Below, one piece after another: positions 20,990-33,414 of a stretch of 64,000 bases of DNA (within the stretch, counting starts at the first letter, position 1; each line of letters starts with the position of its first letter). A model generated the notes under the pieces. That model searched no databases. It was given only the letters and a program-made list of their open reading frames with translations, and had not been told where the DNA came from. This DNA is from an uncultured cyanobacterium (GTDB lineage Bacteria > Cyanobacteriota > Cyanobacteriia > Cyanobacteriales > Cyanobacteriaceae), in NCBI GenBank assembly GCA_963710605.1, contig CAVQBA010000006.1:384001-448000 (forward strand). The letters are read 5' to 3'. The position numbers were made by a program, and so were the translations under genes.

Positions 20990-21757
20990 TTAAGCAGTTT
21001 TAACAAAACGAATTATCTCTTTAACATGACCTAAAAATTGACTATCTTCTGTTAGTTGTGAAATAGCATTTTCACTATGTTTTATAATCTGTTTATGCTC
21101 TTGCTGATTATCATTTATTAATTCTTTTAATGAGTTACTTAAATCTTGTATTTTGTTTTCGGAAATTTTAACTGATTTACTTTGAATACTAGCAAAAGAA
21201 TCTGGTTTACTTAAATCTAACTTATTTTGTAATTGTTGAATTTTAGTTTCGATATTCTTAACTCTTCTTACTAATGTAACTATGTCTTCACGAGGATATT
21301 TAATTTGTTGTTTAATCTGGATTAATTTTAAATATAGATATTGATAACCACGAATAGCAGGGCGTAAAAATGTTAATAATAAAGCGGCGATCGCAGTTAT
21401 GTAACCTATATCAGTAATTCCTTTTGCAGATAATAAATAGAAAACAAAAGCAGAGATAAGATGAAGAGAAATAGCGATAATAATTGACCAAAATACAACT
21501 TTTTTGACATATTCAACTTGTGAATCATCAACGGGTATATTTTTTTTCTGCGAAATTTCAGCTTCATTAACTACTTCTTTAGCTTGAAAATGAATATTCC
21601 AAGGTATAGTAACGATCGCTAATAACCAATAAAAACAAGCAATTCCCACCAACCAATCAAGCAAACTACCTGTCGGAATTTGTAACCATTGTAAAAGAAA
21701 AAAGACTAATAAAGAAAGAAAACCGACACCGAAAGTCAAACTATAATAAATATACAT
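20990..21757 (-). CDS. Conserved hypothetical membrane protein with C-terminal coiled coil
   Basis: Four hydrophobic segments, VTIPWNIHFQAK, KYPRED, FLGHVKEIIRF. Confidence 0.8.
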   Translation of the reverse strand: MYIYYSLTFGVGFLSLLVFFLLQWLQIPTGSLLDWLVGIACFYWLLAIVTIPWNIHFQAKEVVNEAEISQKKNIPVDDSQVEYVKKVVFWSIIIAISLHLISAFVFYLLSAKGITDIGYITAIAALLLTFLRPAIRGYQYLYLKLIQIKQQIKYPREDIVTLVRRVKNIETKIQQLQNKLDLSKPDSFASIQSKSVKISENKIQDLSNSLKELINDNQQEHKQIIKHSENAISQLTEDSQFLGHVKEIIRFVKTA

Positions 21758-22055
21758 TTATCTTACTCAAGATATTTACGTTTTCTTGATTATCAACTAT
21801 CTAAATCTAGATTATCTTTTGTTATGTGCTACTTTTTTAATCTGCACATAAAATATATTGGAAATTAATGATTAATAAATAGCGGACAAAGTTTGATATT
21901 GTGTCTATTGTTAATAGTGATTTTATTTATTCTTTTTTCTTAAATTAGTCGTAATCGATCGATAACATTATTAGTAGATAACAAAATTAGCTTATATAGC
22001 TAAATAAATTTACCAGATTGTTTTCTAATAAATAGCTCAACCTAAATAAAAGAAA

Positions 22056-22122
22056 GTTTGTAGTTACCCCTAAAGGGGTTTAAAAAAGTATTAAGATAAG
22101 GGCTTAAGCCCTCACAACGAAC
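22056..22122. repeat. Paired REP-like hairpins (second copy at 58302-58373)
   Basis: GTTTGTAGTTACCCCTAAAGGGGT...AGGGCTTAAGCCCTCACAACGAAC versus GTTTGTGGTTACCCCTTTAGGGGT...TGGCTAAAGCCATCACTACAAAC. Confidence 0.7.
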
Positions 22123-22146
22123 TTAAGCTTTTTGACGTTTAATTAA

Positions 22147-23046
22147 TTAGTATCTTTCTTCGATCGGAATCCATTCATAACCATCAATGACACCTTGAAA
22201 ATATTCTGACATATTTTCAATCGGATAATAAGTTTGAGTATTTTCGCCAAACCAACGCTCATAAATTTCTACAGAGGAAGGAGTATCAGTAACAACACCT
22301 TGCATATATTTAACAATTCCATAATTAACGGTATCTCTCCATTGAGATTGATTTTGCGGTAAAGTACAAGCATAAGATTCAACTACATAAGGAAATTCAG
22401 GTACAATTTCATAATTATCAGACTCACTTGCTTTTGCTTTTAACGCACGTAATAAAATACCATCTCCTGCAAAGCCATCCACTTCACCTTGATTTAATTT
22501 TTCCCATCCTTCCTCTTCAGAAGCTACATAAACTAAATCAGCAGAGGCAACAAAGGTTTTGATAGCGGCTTCGTTGGTTGTTGTTGGGATGACAGCAATT
22601 TTGACATCGGTGAGGCTATCGTCATTTGCTAATTCATTATCAGATTTGGTAATTATTTGTGTGCCACTAGCAAAATAAGTTACGGAAAAATCAACTTTTT
22701 TTTCTCTTTCCCAAGTAACAGTAGTTGAGCTACATTCTAAATGAATATTACCATCAGCAACTTGATTAAAACGATTAAGAGGATTGATTGGTACTAATTC
22801 TAATTTTACTGGTTTACCTAGTCTGTTTTCTACTTCTACTCTAATAATTTCTAAGATATCGATCGCATAACCGACTGATTTGCCTTCTTCGTTAATGAAA
22901 GTAAAAGGCGGTGTATCTTCACGATAACCTGCTTTAATAACTCCTGTTTCTTTAATTTGATCAAGAACTTCATTTGCTGAGGCGATCGTTGGTAAACTAC
23001 TAACTAAAGAGGCTGAGAGTACGATCGTGATTAGTTTTTTCCACAT
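22147..23046 (-). CDS. Orphan amino-acid ABC transporter substrate-binding protein (SBP family 3)
   Basis: Signal peptide, GYREDTPPF, LECSSTTVTWERE.VDFS, GFAGDGILL, IYERWFG; no adjacent permease. Confidence 0.88.
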   Translation of the reverse strand: MWKKLITIVLSASLVSSLPTIASANEVLDQIKETGVIKAGYREDTPPFTFINEEGKSVGYAIDILEIIRVEVENRLGKPVKLELVPINPLNRFNQVADGNIHLECSSTTVTWEREKKVDFSVTYFASGTQIITKSDNELANDDSLTDVKIAVIPTTTNEAAIKTFVASADLVYVASEEEGWEKLNQGEVDGFAGDGILLRALKAKASESDNYEIVPEFPYVVESYACTLPQNQSQWRDTVNYGIVKYMQGVVTDTPSSVEIYERWFGENTQTYYPIENMSEYFQGVIDGYEWIPIEERY

Positions 23047-23128
23047 AGTTTGTTTTACTCAAATTTTCGACTATGGAGTAAGTGTAACAGTGAACAGATA
23101 ATAGTCAACAATTAATCGGGTACAGCGG

Positions 23129-23743
23129 TTATGATGTTGTTTTTTGTAAAAAGAGCGAAAAATTATTCGCCGGCATTGCAACTTTTTGCTTTAAGATAAA
23201 ACCACGATCGTTAGCGACACTCACCACATCTTCTAAATTACGTACACCCCAGCTAGAATCACGTATCTGTAAAGAACGATCGAATTCTTCATTACTCGGT
23301 GCAGTGTGTTGATTATCTATCTTGTAAGGGCCATAAAGATAAACGATACCATCTACAGGTAAAATATTTTCAGCACCCTCCATTAATCCTAGATAAGACT
23401 CCCAAGGCGTAATATGAATCATATTAATACAAACGATCGTCTTGATTTGTTGAGATATCAATGACTTATACCATCCTTTTGTCATTACATCAATTAATAA
23501 TGGTGGTTGCAAATTGTTTTGTGCATAGTCTTTTTGCCATGCTTTAATACTATCTAAACACTCAGGTTGTCTATCTGAAGGTATCCATTGCTGAGTCGCA
23601 AACTCAGGTGCAAAAAACAGAGAATGCTCTCCTGTACCACTAGCAATTTCTAATATATTTCCTTGAGTAGGAATATTTTGTTTAAGAATTTCTAATATCG
23701 GCTGACGATTACGATTAGTAGCAGGGGCGTATTTTTTAGTCAT
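23129..23743 (-). CDS. DUF938 SAM-dependent methyltransferase
   Basis: RNRQPIL, LEIASGTGEH, INMIHI, LYGPY, MPANN. Confidence 0.92.
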   Translation of the reverse strand: MTKKYAPATNRNRQPILEILKQNIPTQGNILEIASGTGEHSLFFAPEFATQQWIPSDRQPECLDSIKAWQKDYAQNNLQPPLLIDVMTKGWYKSLISQQIKTIVCINMIHITPWESYLGLMEGAENILPVDGIVYLYGPYKIDNQHTAPSNEEFDRSLQIRDSSWGVRNLEDVVSVANDRGFILKQKVAMPANNFSLFLQKTTS

Positions 23744-23803
23744 AATTGATAATTAAGAGTGAAAGATAGTTTGATTCTCAATTATTAGTTAAGCTGTTTA
23801 TAA

Positions 23804-24313
23804 ATGATGGAAAAAGAACAACAACAACAACAACAAGAATTATTTTCTCCTAGTTTGACTAACAAAATAGAAGCTATTCTTTATCTTAAAGCACAACCGA
23901 TACCAATTAAAGAACTTGTAAGTTTGACTAGTTGTAGCTTTGAGCAAATACAAACTGCTTTGATTGAGTTAATGTCTGATTATGCTTATCGTAATAGTGC
24001 ATTAGAAATAACAGAAACACCTCATGGTTATTGTTTACAATTAAGAACAGATTACCAATCTTTGTTAGAAAATTTAGTTCCTGCTGAGTTAACTAATAGT
24101 ACCTTAAAAACTTTAGCGGCGATCGCATTACAACAACCTATACTTCAAAGTGATTTGATTTTACTTAGAGGTAGTAGTGCTTATCAACACGTTAGCGAAT
24201 TAACCGATTCAGGATTTATTCGTAAACGTCGTCAAGAAGAAGGTCGATCGTATTGGTTAGAAGTGACAAGTAAGTTTCATCAATATTTTGAAATTGATAA
24301 ACTCGCACAATAG
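23804..24313 (+). CDS. scpB: SMC-Scp complex subunit ScpB
   Basis: IEAILY, LKTLAAIA.QQPI.Q, LRG, TSKFHQYF. Confidence 0.92.
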   Translation: MMEKEQQQQQQELFSPSLTNKIEAILYLKAQPIPIKELVSLTSCSFEQIQTALIELMSDYAYRNSALEITETPHGYCLQLRTDYQSLLENLVPAELTNSTLKTLAAIALQQPILQSDLILLRGSSAYQHVSELTDSGFIRKRRQEEGRSYWLEVTSKFHQYFEIDKLAQ

Positions 24314-24411
24314 AAAAAAAGCTATCATATTATTAATGTTATTATCGTAATCAAGTATTCAAGTATCCCATCGTAATAGTAGTCAGAAAAACTCAATCGA
24401 GGCAAATAAAT

Positions 24412-24735
24412 ATGACATTTGATTCCAATTTTTTTCGATCAGAATCAGAACAAACAGTCAAAAATACATTAGTTGAATATTTACAAAATCAACAACCAGA
24501 AACTTTAGAAAGAGTAGCACAATTAGCCACACCAGAAGTAAGAGAAATTATTACTCATAATGTTAAAGGTTTGTTAGGCTCATTACCTACAGAAGATTTT
24601 AATGTACAAGTTGTCACTGATAAACAACATCTAGCCAATTTACTTGCCTCAGCGATGATGACAGGTTATTTTTTGTGTCAAATCGAAAAAAGAAAAGATT
24701 TAGAAGAAAGTATTCGTAATACAGATTCTCTTTAA
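24412..24735 (+). CDS. DUF760 family protein
   Basis: LVEYLQ.Q.PE, NVKGLLG.LP, LANLLASAMMTGYFL. Confidence 0.88.
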   Translation: MTFDSNFFRSESEQTVKNTLVEYLQNQQPETLERVAQLATPEVREIITHNVKGLLGSLPTEDFNVQVVTDKQHLANLLASAMMTGYFLCQIEKRKDLEESIRNTDSL

Positions 24736-24834
24736 TCGTAAATGGTATTAAAATCTAATTTTTAATTAAAATCAAATTTCACAGACAACACTTAGTCAAT
24801 CTGTGAATTGCTTTTTTAATTACATTACCAATAA

Positions 24835-25980
24835 CTATTTATTATTATGTTCTAAACCGATCGCTTGTTCAATATGATTTAGTTGGTTTTCTGCTAACTT
24901 TTGTTTTAAACCTTGTAAAATCTCTTTAACAACCCAAGGTCCTTCATACACCCAACCACTATAAAATTGTAATAAGGTTGCACCCGCAGTAATTTTTTCC
25001 CATGCGGATTCGGTGTCATAAATACCACCTACACCAATAATTGGTAATTTACCGTTAGTTTGTTGATAAATAAAACGAATTATTTCTGTTGAACGCTCTT
25101 TTAATGGTAAACCACTAATACCGCCATTTTCTTCTGTAATCGGTTTTCCTGTTGCTTTGAGTTTGCTCGTTTTTAATCCTTCTCGGCTAACAGTTGTATT
25201 TGTGGCAATTATTCCGGCTAAATTATAATCAACGGAAACTTGAATAATTGAGCTTATTTCTGACCAAGTCAAATCTGGAGCAATTTTGATTAAAATAGGT
25301 TTTTCGCCTCTATTTTCTTGATTTAAAGCATCTAGAATTGGTTTTAATTGATCTACTGCTTGTAACGATCGTAGTCCTTGAGTATTAGGAGAACTTACAT
25401 TAACCACGAAATAATCTGCCCAACTACGTAAAGCACGAAAACTATTAACATAATCCTCTGCCGAGTCATCCAAATCAGTAATTTTAGACTTACATAAATT
25501 GATGCCGATAGGAATTGCCCTTCTTTTTTCTGCCCACGTTTTTTCTAACCGAGACGCAATAGCACTCGCACCATCATTATTCGCACCCATCCGATTTAAA
25601 ATTGCTTTATCTTCAGGTAAACGAAACATTCGAGGAGATGGATTACCCTGTTGAGAATGTAACGTAACCGCACCTAACTCAGCGAAACCAAAACCAAAAC
25701 TTGACCAAATTCCTGCCCCTTGTGCATTTTTATCAAATCCGGGTGCTAAACCCAAAGGATTATTAAATTTCAAATTCCAAAGCGATTGAGATAAAGCCTT
25801 ATCGTAGTCACAAAAACTACTTTCCATCTGGCTAATTAACCACTTACCCCAAATACTATTTCTTTGCGATTGTATTTGAGCTAGGGTTTTTAACGTCTGA
25901 TTATGTGCTGATTCAGGATTTTTGTTGACTGCGGCGAAAAAAGCTGGATAAAAAGATTTAAAAATGTTCAGGATGGGCAT
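24835..25980 (-). CDS. pyrD: Quinone-dependent dihydroorotate dehydrogenase
   Basis: [46 protein letters not shown]. Confidence 0.96.
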   Translation of the reverse strand: MPILNIFKSFYPAFFAAVNKNPESAHNQTLKTLAQIQSQRNSIWGKWLISQMESSFCDYDKALSQSLWNLKFNNPLGLAPGFDKNAQGAGIWSSFGFGFAELGAVTLHSQQGNPSPRMFRLPEDKAILNRMGANNDGASAIASRLEKTWAEKRRAIPIGINLCKSKITDLDDSAEDYVNSFRALRSWADYFVVNVSSPNTQGLRSLQAVDQLKPILDALNQENRGEKPILIKIAPDLTWSEISSIIQVSVDYNLAGIIATNTTVSREGLKTSKLKATGKPITEENGGISGLPLKERSTEIIRFIYQQTNGKLPIIGVGGIYDTESAWEKITAGATLLQFYSGWVYEGPWVVKEILQGLKQKLAENQLNHIEQAIGLEHNNK

Positions 25981-26690
25981 ATTTTTGTTCCTAAATTAGA
26001 CACATTATTATAGATAACACTATTTTACAATCTAAAAATACTATCCTTTAGATAGATAACATTGGTATCAAACGATACAAAATATGTCTGTCATCTAAAA
26101 AATCACATTCTAAAGATAGAGAACAAACTTATTAAACCTCAGTTATTCTGGAATTATAAGTCACTAAAAATTTACTTGAATAAATAGTTATTTGATTGAG
26201 CTGATTAATAAGAGATAAAACTCAGACTCGATATTACTTGCTCTTAATATCCTAATCTTTAGATTTTATCATTTACTACTTTTTAATTGAGATGATTAAA
26301 CTGAAAAGTTTATTAAGCTATGTTACAAAAATAGTCGATCGTCCAACTAGTATTTAAAATAAAACAGTTTTATTTATTGTTTTTTAATTCAAATTCAAAA
26401 CGTCTTTTTAATTCTTAACTACATCTATTTATTTAGGCATAATTACTTGGGTATTTATACTTTTTTAACTTCATAAATGTACTTGTTTCTACTTATTTTT
26501 TGATAATACTTAAGAAAAATTATTTAAAGTATTTAGTTTTATGAAGAAATAATTAAATAAATATAAAAAGAAAAACAATTAGAAACAACAGATCGTACTG
26601 ATATGACTAGTCTTGAAAGAATAAAGTCCTGATCTTCGATAAGTAATAATTGTAATCATAATAAAAATAATATATATAAAATAAAAAAAA

Positions 26691-26978
26691 ATGAATTCTA
26701 ATAAATATTCAACATCAGCATGTCGTTATTGTCGGTTTTTTAATCCAGAAGGAAGGAGAGGGGGTATGTGTTCAAAACTAAATGTTTTGGTTAAAGCACA
26801 TTGGAAATCTTGTCAAGTAGCATCTCCCGTATTCGCTAGTGATTGGGAAGCAATGCCTGAAATAGCAATGTTAGAGAAATCTTTCGTTTTAGGTTGTAAT
26901 ACACCAGCACCTTCATTAGAAGCTGAATCTAGACCGAAAAAAGGTTATCAAGATCAAGAAGAAATTGCTTCATCTTAA
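26691..26978 (+). CDS. Small conserved cyanobacterial Cys-motif protein
   Basis: SACRYCRFFNPEGRRGGMC...WKSC. Confidence 0.75.
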   Translation: MNSNKYSTSACRYCRFFNPEGRRGGMCSKLNVLVKAHWKSCQVASPVFASDWEAMPEIAMLEKSFVLGCNTPAPSLEAESRPKKGYQDQEEIASS

Positions 26979-27730
26979 TTACTATTTAATAATTTTAAAA
27001 TTAAGCAAAAATTTTATTATTTGAATGATTATTTTGTTTTTCAAATTAGAAAATAAGTTTTTCTTTAGTAGTCAAATTTATTAAAGAGAAAAGATAAATA
27101 AATTTAAAATAGTTATTTGTCTATATATTGTGAATAAAAATATAAACATAAATTCCGAATAATGAGTTATTATCTTATTTCTTAGGATAAGTAATGTAAT
27201 AATGATTATCCTTAACTGAGAAAATTAGCTTTTTAAATAAATAATTATCAAGTTTTTTAATTAAGGCTGAGTTATCAGATTAGTTATTTTGTTTTGATTA
27301 GATGATAGATTCTTTTACTAAGCAACAGGATAGTATATGAATATTAAATGTAAATCTTGGTCTTAATTATTTTTTGGTTAATAATAATTAATTACAGCTA
27401 CAGATGACTTTGATTTAGTCAGGCTAATTCACTATTAATGCTTAATAATTACCAAATCTAAACAGAAATAAGAACTAAAGTCTTCATTAAGTACTTAATT
27501 TCTTGTGATTTTTATTTTAGTTCGAGTTTAGACAACAAAGTTCTCACTAGGTATTGAATCAAGATATTTGGTAATAGAAATATTAATTCTATTATTGATT
27601 AACTTTTTTAATGTTCTGGTTTTGGTTATGTCGATAAATTACGATTGTTTGTCCGTATCGAACTCGAAACTACTGTAAAAAAATGATAAGATTATCTTTG
27701 CTATAACTAGACAAAAGTAAAGGAAAATAA

Positions 27731-28714
27731 ATGGCAGACACATTGATGTTTAACGCTTTGCGTGAAGCTCTAGACGAAGAAATGGCTAGAGACGATACAG
27801 TAATGGTTTTAGGTGAAGATGTTGGTCAATATGGTGGTTCGTATAAAGTAACCAAAGGGCTATACAAAAAATACGGTGAATATAGAGTTTTAGATACCCC
27901 CATTGCCGAAAATAGCTTTACAGGTATGGCAGTAGGTGCGGCGATGACTGGCTTACGCCCTGTGATTGAAGGGATGAATATGGGTTTTTTGTTACTAGCG
28001 TTTAACCAAATTTCTAATAATGCAGGGATGATGCGTTATACTTCAGGTGGAAACTTTAAAATTCCGACGGTAATTAGAGGTCCTGGTGGAGTAGGTAAAC
28101 AGTTGGGTGCAGAACATTCTCAACGTTTAGAAGCTTATTTTCAGGCTGTACCGGGTTTAAAAATTGTTGCTTGTTCTACTTCTTATAATGCTAAAGGTTT
28201 ATTAAAATCAGCAATTCGTGATAATAATCCTGTACTATTTTTTGAACACGTATTGTTATATAACCTCAAAGAAGATTTACCTGATTATGAATATACTGTA
28301 CCTTTAGATAAAGCTGAGATAGTAACTGAAGGTAAAGATGTAACTATTTTGACTTATTCTCGCATGAGACATCATTGTTTACAAGCATTAAAGCAAATTG
28401 AAAAAGATGGTTATAACCCTGAAATAATTGATTTGATTTCTCTTAAGCCTTTAGATATGCAAACTATTGGTGAATCAATTAAAAAAACACACAAAGTTAT
28501 AATTGTTGAAGAATGTATGCGTACTGGAGGTATAGGGGCAGAATTAACAGCTTCAATCAATGATCAATTATTTGATGAGTTAGATGCACCTGTAATTCGT
28601 TTGGCTTCCCAAGATATTCCGACTCCTTATAATGGTGCTTTAGAAAGATTAACGATCGTTCAACCAGAGCAAATTGTAGAAGCGGTACATAAAATAATGA
28701 ACGACGAAGTTTAA
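27731..28714 (+). CDS. pdhB: Pyruvate dehydrogenase E1 beta subunit
   Basis: GEDVG.YGG, DTPIAE, GAEHSQ, ELDAPV.R. Confidence 0.96.
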   Translation: MADTLMFNALREALDEEMARDDTVMVLGEDVGQYGGSYKVTKGLYKKYGEYRVLDTPIAENSFTGMAVGAAMTGLRPVIEGMNMGFLLLAFNQISNNAGMMRYTSGGNFKIPTVIRGPGGVGKQLGAEHSQRLEAYFQAVPGLKIVACSTSYNAKGLLKSAIRDNNPVLFFEHVLLYNLKEDLPDYEYTVPLDKAEIVTEGKDVTILTYSRMRHHCLQALKQIEKDGYNPEIIDLISLKPLDMQTIGESIKKTHKVIIVEECMRTGGIGAELTASINDQLFDELDAPVIRLASQDIPTPYNGALERLTIVQPEQIVEAVHKIMNDEV

Positions 28715-28717
28715 AGT

Positions 28718-28750
28718 AATTGACAATTGACAATTGATAATTGACAATTA
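28718..28750 (+). repeat. Heptamer short tandem repeat (AATTGAC)n, STRR-like
   Basis: About 4.5 copies right after pdhB; other heptamer arrays at about 2872-2897, 11131-11162, 12533-12554, 32772-32804, 52714-52745, 62292-62321. Confidence 0.75.
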
Positions 28751-28950
28751 ATAACTACCTCAAAACATTTGAAATTTAGGTTTCCCACTTTAAAAAATCA
28801 CGAGGCTTTAAACTTAATTTTCTCAGTAAAAAATCGTGTAGTGGATAATCGTGGCAATTACTAATTGTGTCATTATCCATTATCGATCGAGTATTTTATT
28901 TATTATTATCTTATAACTAAATCATTTTTATAAAAATAAATTAATTATTA

Positions 28951-30360
28951 ATGGAAAAGCAAAGAGCATTTATTCTTTTAATCATTGTTTTGATTGCTAG
29001 TGCGATTGTTACTTTGATTAATTTACCCTTAGAATTAGGGTTAGACTTAAGAGGTGGTTCGCAATTAACCATTGAGTTACAAACAACTCCTGAAGTACCT
29101 GAAATTACCGTTGATAAACTAGAAGGGGTAAGAACAGTTATCGATAACAGAGTTAACGGTTTAGGAGTTTCTGAAGCAGTTGTGCAAAGTGTTGGTGACA
29201 ATCGTATTTTAGTCCAATTACCCGGTGTTAGTGACCCAGAAACAGCCGAAAGAGTATTAGGTGGTACAGCACAACTAGACTTTCGTCGAGAAACAAAAAA
29301 TTTAGAAGTTCAAGCCGCATATCAAGTTAAACAACAAGAATTAACTGAGGCTTTCTTTAATTTACAAAACCTTGAAGACGAAGTCGAAAAAACAGCTCAA
29401 GAAGCTAGAATATCCGAACTAGAACAAGAATTGTTTGTTTTATCCGAGCAAATTTTTGAAAAAACCGAACTCAACGGGGAAAAACTTCAAGGTGCTAGTT
29501 ATCAACCGACTCCTCAAGGGCAAGATTGGGAAGTTGTGTTGGAGTTTAATAACGAAGGTGGACGTTTGTTTGCTGAGTTAACTAAAGATATTGCAGGTAC
29601 GGGCAGACGCTTAGGTATCTTCTTAGACGATCGTTTAATTAGTTCACCTAGTGTGAGTGCAGAATACGCTTCTACAGGTATCCAAGGTGGTCGTGCAACC
29701 ATTTCTGGTGGTGCAGGTTTTGATTTAGAAGGTGCGAGAGAATTAGCTTTACAACTAGAAGGTGGTGCTTTACCTGTACCCGTTAAGATTGTCGAAAATC
29801 GTACCGTAGGTGCAACTTTAGGTCAAGATAGTATTCGTCGTAGTATTATTGCGGGTTTATCTGGTTTATTTTTGGTTCTGGTTTATATGATTGTTTATTA
29901 TCGTTTACCCGGATTAATCGCTAACTTTGCTTTAATTATTTACACCTTACTTACCTTAGCTTGTTTTTCTTTGGCAGGAGTTACTTTAACTTTACCTGGT
30001 ATTGCGGGCTTTGTTCTTAGTATCGGTATGGCAGTAGATGCAAATGTCTTGATTTTTGAACGTACTAGAGAAGAATTGAGGACAGGTAAAACTTTATATC
30101 GTTCTGTAGAATCAGGATTTTTTCGTGCTTTTTCTAGTATTCTTGATGGTAATGTTACCACTTTAATTGCTTGTGCGGCACTATTTTGGTTGGGTTCGGG
30201 TTTTGTTAAAGGTTTTGCTTTAACTTTAGCTATTGGCGTTGTGGTGAGTATGTTTACTGCTTTAACTTGTAGTCGTACTTTTCTGTTGATTACAGTTTTA
30301 GGTTTTCCGACTGTACGTCAACGCCCTGAATTATTTTGTCCAAATTTAAATACTAATTAA
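28951..30360 (+). CDS. secD: Protein translocase subunit SecD
   Basis: LGLDLRGG, RVNGLGVSE, VGATLG, GMAVDANVLIFER. Confidence 0.97.
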   Translation: MEKQRAFILLIIVLIASAIVTLINLPLELGLDLRGGSQLTIELQTTPEVPEITVDKLEGVRTVIDNRVNGLGVSEAVVQSVGDNRILVQLPGVSDPETAERVLGGTAQLDFRRETKNLEVQAAYQVKQQELTEAFFNLQNLEDEVEKTAQEARISELEQELFVLSEQIFEKTELNGEKLQGASYQPTPQGQDWEVVLEFNNEGGRLFAELTKDIAGTGRRLGIFLDDRLISSPSVSAEYASTGIQGGRATISGGAGFDLEGARELALQLEGGALPVPVKIVENRTVGATLGQDSIRRSIIAGLSGLFLVLVYMIVYYRLPGLIANFALIIYTLLTLACFSLAGVTLTLPGIAGFVLSIGMAVDANVLIFERTREELRTGKTLYRSVESGFFRAFSSILDGNVTTLIACAALFWLGSGFVKGFALTLAIGVVVSMFTALTCSRTFLLITVLGFPTVRQRPELFCPNLNTN

Positions 30361-30531
30361 TAGTTGAGATATTGAGTTATTTTTCGCTTTGCGAGAACAA
30401 AATGAATAATTTTAGTTGTCAAAGCTTTACTTTTAGCTCAATATCTTTACTTTTTTAAAACTAAATTTCAAATCACATTTTAAAAGTAATCTATTTATTA
30501 AATATTAACTATCAACTATCAACTAATTAAC

Positions 30532-31497
30532 ATGATTAAATTTAGCGTTGTTAAATGGGAAAAGCTATGGTGGGCGACTTCTGCTATACTGTGTTTGATT
30601 TCGATCGTGGCGATGATTGTTTCTTATACTTCTATTGGTAGTATTATTCGTCCTAGTCTTGATTTTGTCGGTGGTACTCGTTTACAAGTAGAATTAGATT
30701 GTAGCGTACCTAATAATTGCAACGAGCCTTTGACTGTTACCGACGTTAGACAGATTTTAGAGTCTCAAGGTTTGGCTAATAGCAGTATTCAAATTGTCGG
30801 TAAAGAAGAAAATGGTATTTCCATTCGTACTAAAACTTTGGATGTCGAACAAAGAACAAAATTGCAAGATGCTTTAACTGAAGAAGTTGGTATTTTTAGA
30901 CCAGAAACAACTCAAATTGATACTGTAGGACCTACTATTGGTAAAGAGCTTTTTCGATCGGGTATTATTGCTTTAATTGTTTCTTTTGCTGGAATTATTG
31001 CTTATTTGAGTTTTCGCTTTAAAGCAGATTATGCTATTTTTGCGATTGTTGCTTTATTCCATGATGTTTTAATTACCGCAGGTGTTTTTGCTATCCTCGG
31101 TTTGGTTATTGGTTTGGAAGTCGATAGTTTATTTTTGGTGGCTTTACTAACTATCACGGGTTTTTCAGTTAATGATACTGTGGTTATTTACGATCGTATT
31201 CGAGAAATCACTAAAGAAATAGAAGCTGATAATATGAATGAAATAGTTGATGTTGCAGTGAATCAAACTTTGACTCGTTCTATTAATACCAGTATAACGA
31301 CCTTATTACCGATTGTTGCTATTTTTCTTTTTGGTGGTGAAACACTTAAGTTTTTCGCCCTTGCCTTGATTATCGGTTTTATTTGTGGTTCTTACTCAAG
31401 TATCTTTATTGCTAGTACTTTACTCGGTTGGTGGCGTAAAAAAACTAATTGGCAAAAACCTGAGCCTCAATTAGCGAGAACAGAAAATACTGTTTAG
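30532..31497 (+). CDS. secF: Protein translocase subunit SecF
   Basis: [34 protein letters not shown]. Confidence 0.97.
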   Translation: MIKFSVVKWEKLWWATSAILCLISIVAMIVSYTSIGSIIRPSLDFVGGTRLQVELDCSVPNNCNEPLTVTDVRQILESQGLANSSIQIVGKEENGISIRTKTLDVEQRTKLQDALTEEVGIFRPETTQIDTVGPTIGKELFRSGIIALIVSFAGIIAYLSFRFKADYAIFAIVALFHDVLITAGVFAILGLVIGLEVDSLFLVALLTITGFSVNDTVVIYDRIREITKEIEADNMNEIVDVAVNQTLTRSINTSITTLLPIVAIFLFGGETLKFFALALIIGFICGSYSSIFIASTLLGWWRKKTNWQKPEPQLARTENTV

Positions 31498-31672
31498 AGA
31501 TATAACCATGAATTAAAATTCATGGCTAATAGAAGCCGTTTAATAAATTAAACTAATATTTGAAAAAAAAAATTGTCTCATTTTTATTTGAAATAACTAT
31601 AGTTAGTTCATTTTAATGAACGTAATCTATTAGCCTTGTCAATTTATTGCAAGGCTAATTATCAATTATCAA

Positions 31673-32185
31673 TTATCCTTTATATGCTTTAACACACTCT
31701 TCAACTAAAGGTGCAACTTGATCAATATCTTTCCAACCTAAAATTTTAGTTTCTTTTTTCTCTAAATTTTTATAGCTACGGAAAAACTCAGCAATTTCTT
31801 CAAGACGATGAGGAGCAATATCTTTTAAAGACTTTACATGATTATAACGAGGATCTTCTGCTGGTACACATAAAATTTTCTCATCTCGATCGCCACCATC
31901 AATCATTTCTAACATACAAACAGGACGAGAAGCAATCACACAACCGGCAAATGTAGGCTCATCCATTAAAACCATACCATCTAATGGATCGCCATCATCG
32001 GCTAAAGTATTAGGTACAAAACCGTAGTCGTAAGGGTATTTTACTGAAGAAAACAAAACTCGATCGAGGATAAAAGCATTCATATCCTTATCAAATTCAT
32101 ATTTATTTTTACAGCCACCAGGGATTTCAATCAAAACGTTGATAATACCAGTTTTAGGTTGTGCAGGAATACGAGATAAATCCAT
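31673..32185 (-). CDS. ppa: Inorganic pyrophosphatase
   Basis: [31 protein letters not shown] 32185 with AAGGA RBS preferred. Confidence 0.96.
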   Translation of the reverse strand: MDLSRIPAQPKTGIINVLIEIPGGCKNKYEFDKDMNAFILDRVLFSSVKYPYDYGFVPNTLADDGDPLDGMVLMDEPTFAGCVIASRPVCMLEMIDGGDRDEKILCVPAEDPRYNHVKSLKDIAPHRLEEIAEFFRSYKNLEKKETKILGWKDIDQVAPLVEECVKAYKG

Positions 32186-32336
32186 TTCTAAATTTTTCCT
32201 TATAGTTAATATAGACAAATACGTTATTATTTAACCACAACAAGGAGCAATTAAGATAATTAATCGATCGATAACTAAACTGATAATTAAAAAATTCGTT
32301 AAATTACAGAACAAAGACAACAATCTTGATTAACAA

Positions 32337-32753
32337 TTAAATTCTTTCAGTAAATTCTAATTGACCATTATTAGCCGTTAAAGATTGTTCAAAATAGTCT
32401 GCAATATGATTATTCTCATCACCAACAATTACTTTGGCTTGATGTCCTGTTAACATTACTTTATGACGATCGCATTGTTCATAAGCATAGATAATCAAAA
32501 TGTCTCCTACCTCGCACAATAATGCCGCACCGCCATTAGGGCAAATTTCACGACTACCTCTAATACCGGGTATTGCATAAGTTGACCATCTTTTACCATT
32601 ATTTAAATTAATAATATCTACTTCTTCTAAAGGTAGAATACCTACTTTTTCAAGCAAATCAGGATCAATACTAATACTACCAACATAATCAACATTAGCT
32701 GATGTAACTCTAATTCTATGCAACTTAGCGTGCATCAAGCGAATCATACTCAT
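32337..32753 (-). CDS. panD: Aspartate 1-decarboxylase
   Basis: [16 protein letters not shown] self-cleavage site, [13 protein letters not shown]. Confidence 0.93.
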   Translation of the reverse strand: MSMIRLMHAKLHRIRVTSANVDYVGSISIDPDLLEKVGILPLEEVDIINLNNGKRWSTYAIPGIRGSREICPNGGAALLCEVGDILIIYAYEQCDRHKVMLTGHQAKVIVGDENNHIADYFEQSLTANNGQLEFTERI

Positions 32754-32971
32754 TCAATTAATAATAAGTCAAAAGGGCAAAGGACAAGGGGCAAAGGGCA
32801 AAGGTTATTTTATGAGGAAAGCTTATAGCTATCGTTAAAAACCAAATTACCAACACTTAGCAGGGTTTTAAAACGTCTATTTTTTGAGAATCAACAACAA
32901 TCAACAACAATTAATGCTTAATTCGATCGTTTTTACCTTCTATTTTTTAGTAAATAGCTATTTGTCTTTAT

Positions 32972-33148
32972 CTAAAATATATTACTTCCGTTGTTTAAAA
33001 TCAAAGAAAAAATTAACGATACATCAGTAATCGGGGCAGGAATCATTTCTCCTCTTGAGTCTAACAATTGAACTACTAATAAATAAACTACTCCTAATAA
33101 AACCGAAATCACGCCCGTAACGATCGCTACAAATTTTTTTCTATCCAT
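32972..33148 (-). CDS. 58-aa small membrane protein conserved in cyanobacteria (not in ORF track)
   Basis: MDRKKFVAIVTGVISVLLGVVYLLVVQLLDSRGEMIPAP...; one TM helix then a LVQLLDxRGEMxPAP motif I recognise from cyanobacterial small proteins; GAAGG RBS-like. Confidence 0.75.
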   Translation of the reverse strand: MDRKKFVAIVTGVISVLLGVVYLLVVQLLDSRGEMIPAPITDVSLIFSLILNNGSNIF

Positions 33149-33414
33149 AAGTACAATCTACCTTCTCTGAAATATATTTTAATTCTCTGGAAATTATCTT
33201 ACTCAATTATATATTAATTACTATGCAAAACTAGCCAAAAAACAAATAATCAAAAATTGATACTGATTTTTAGTTTAAAATAAAGATTAGAAAATAATAT
33301 GTTTTTATATTTATTTCGTCGTACATATTTTAGCTTTCATTTTAAACCATTACCAAGTTTTCCGTACAAATAAATTAAAGTTACCACTATTTGATATATT
33401 TAAAAAGTTACTAA

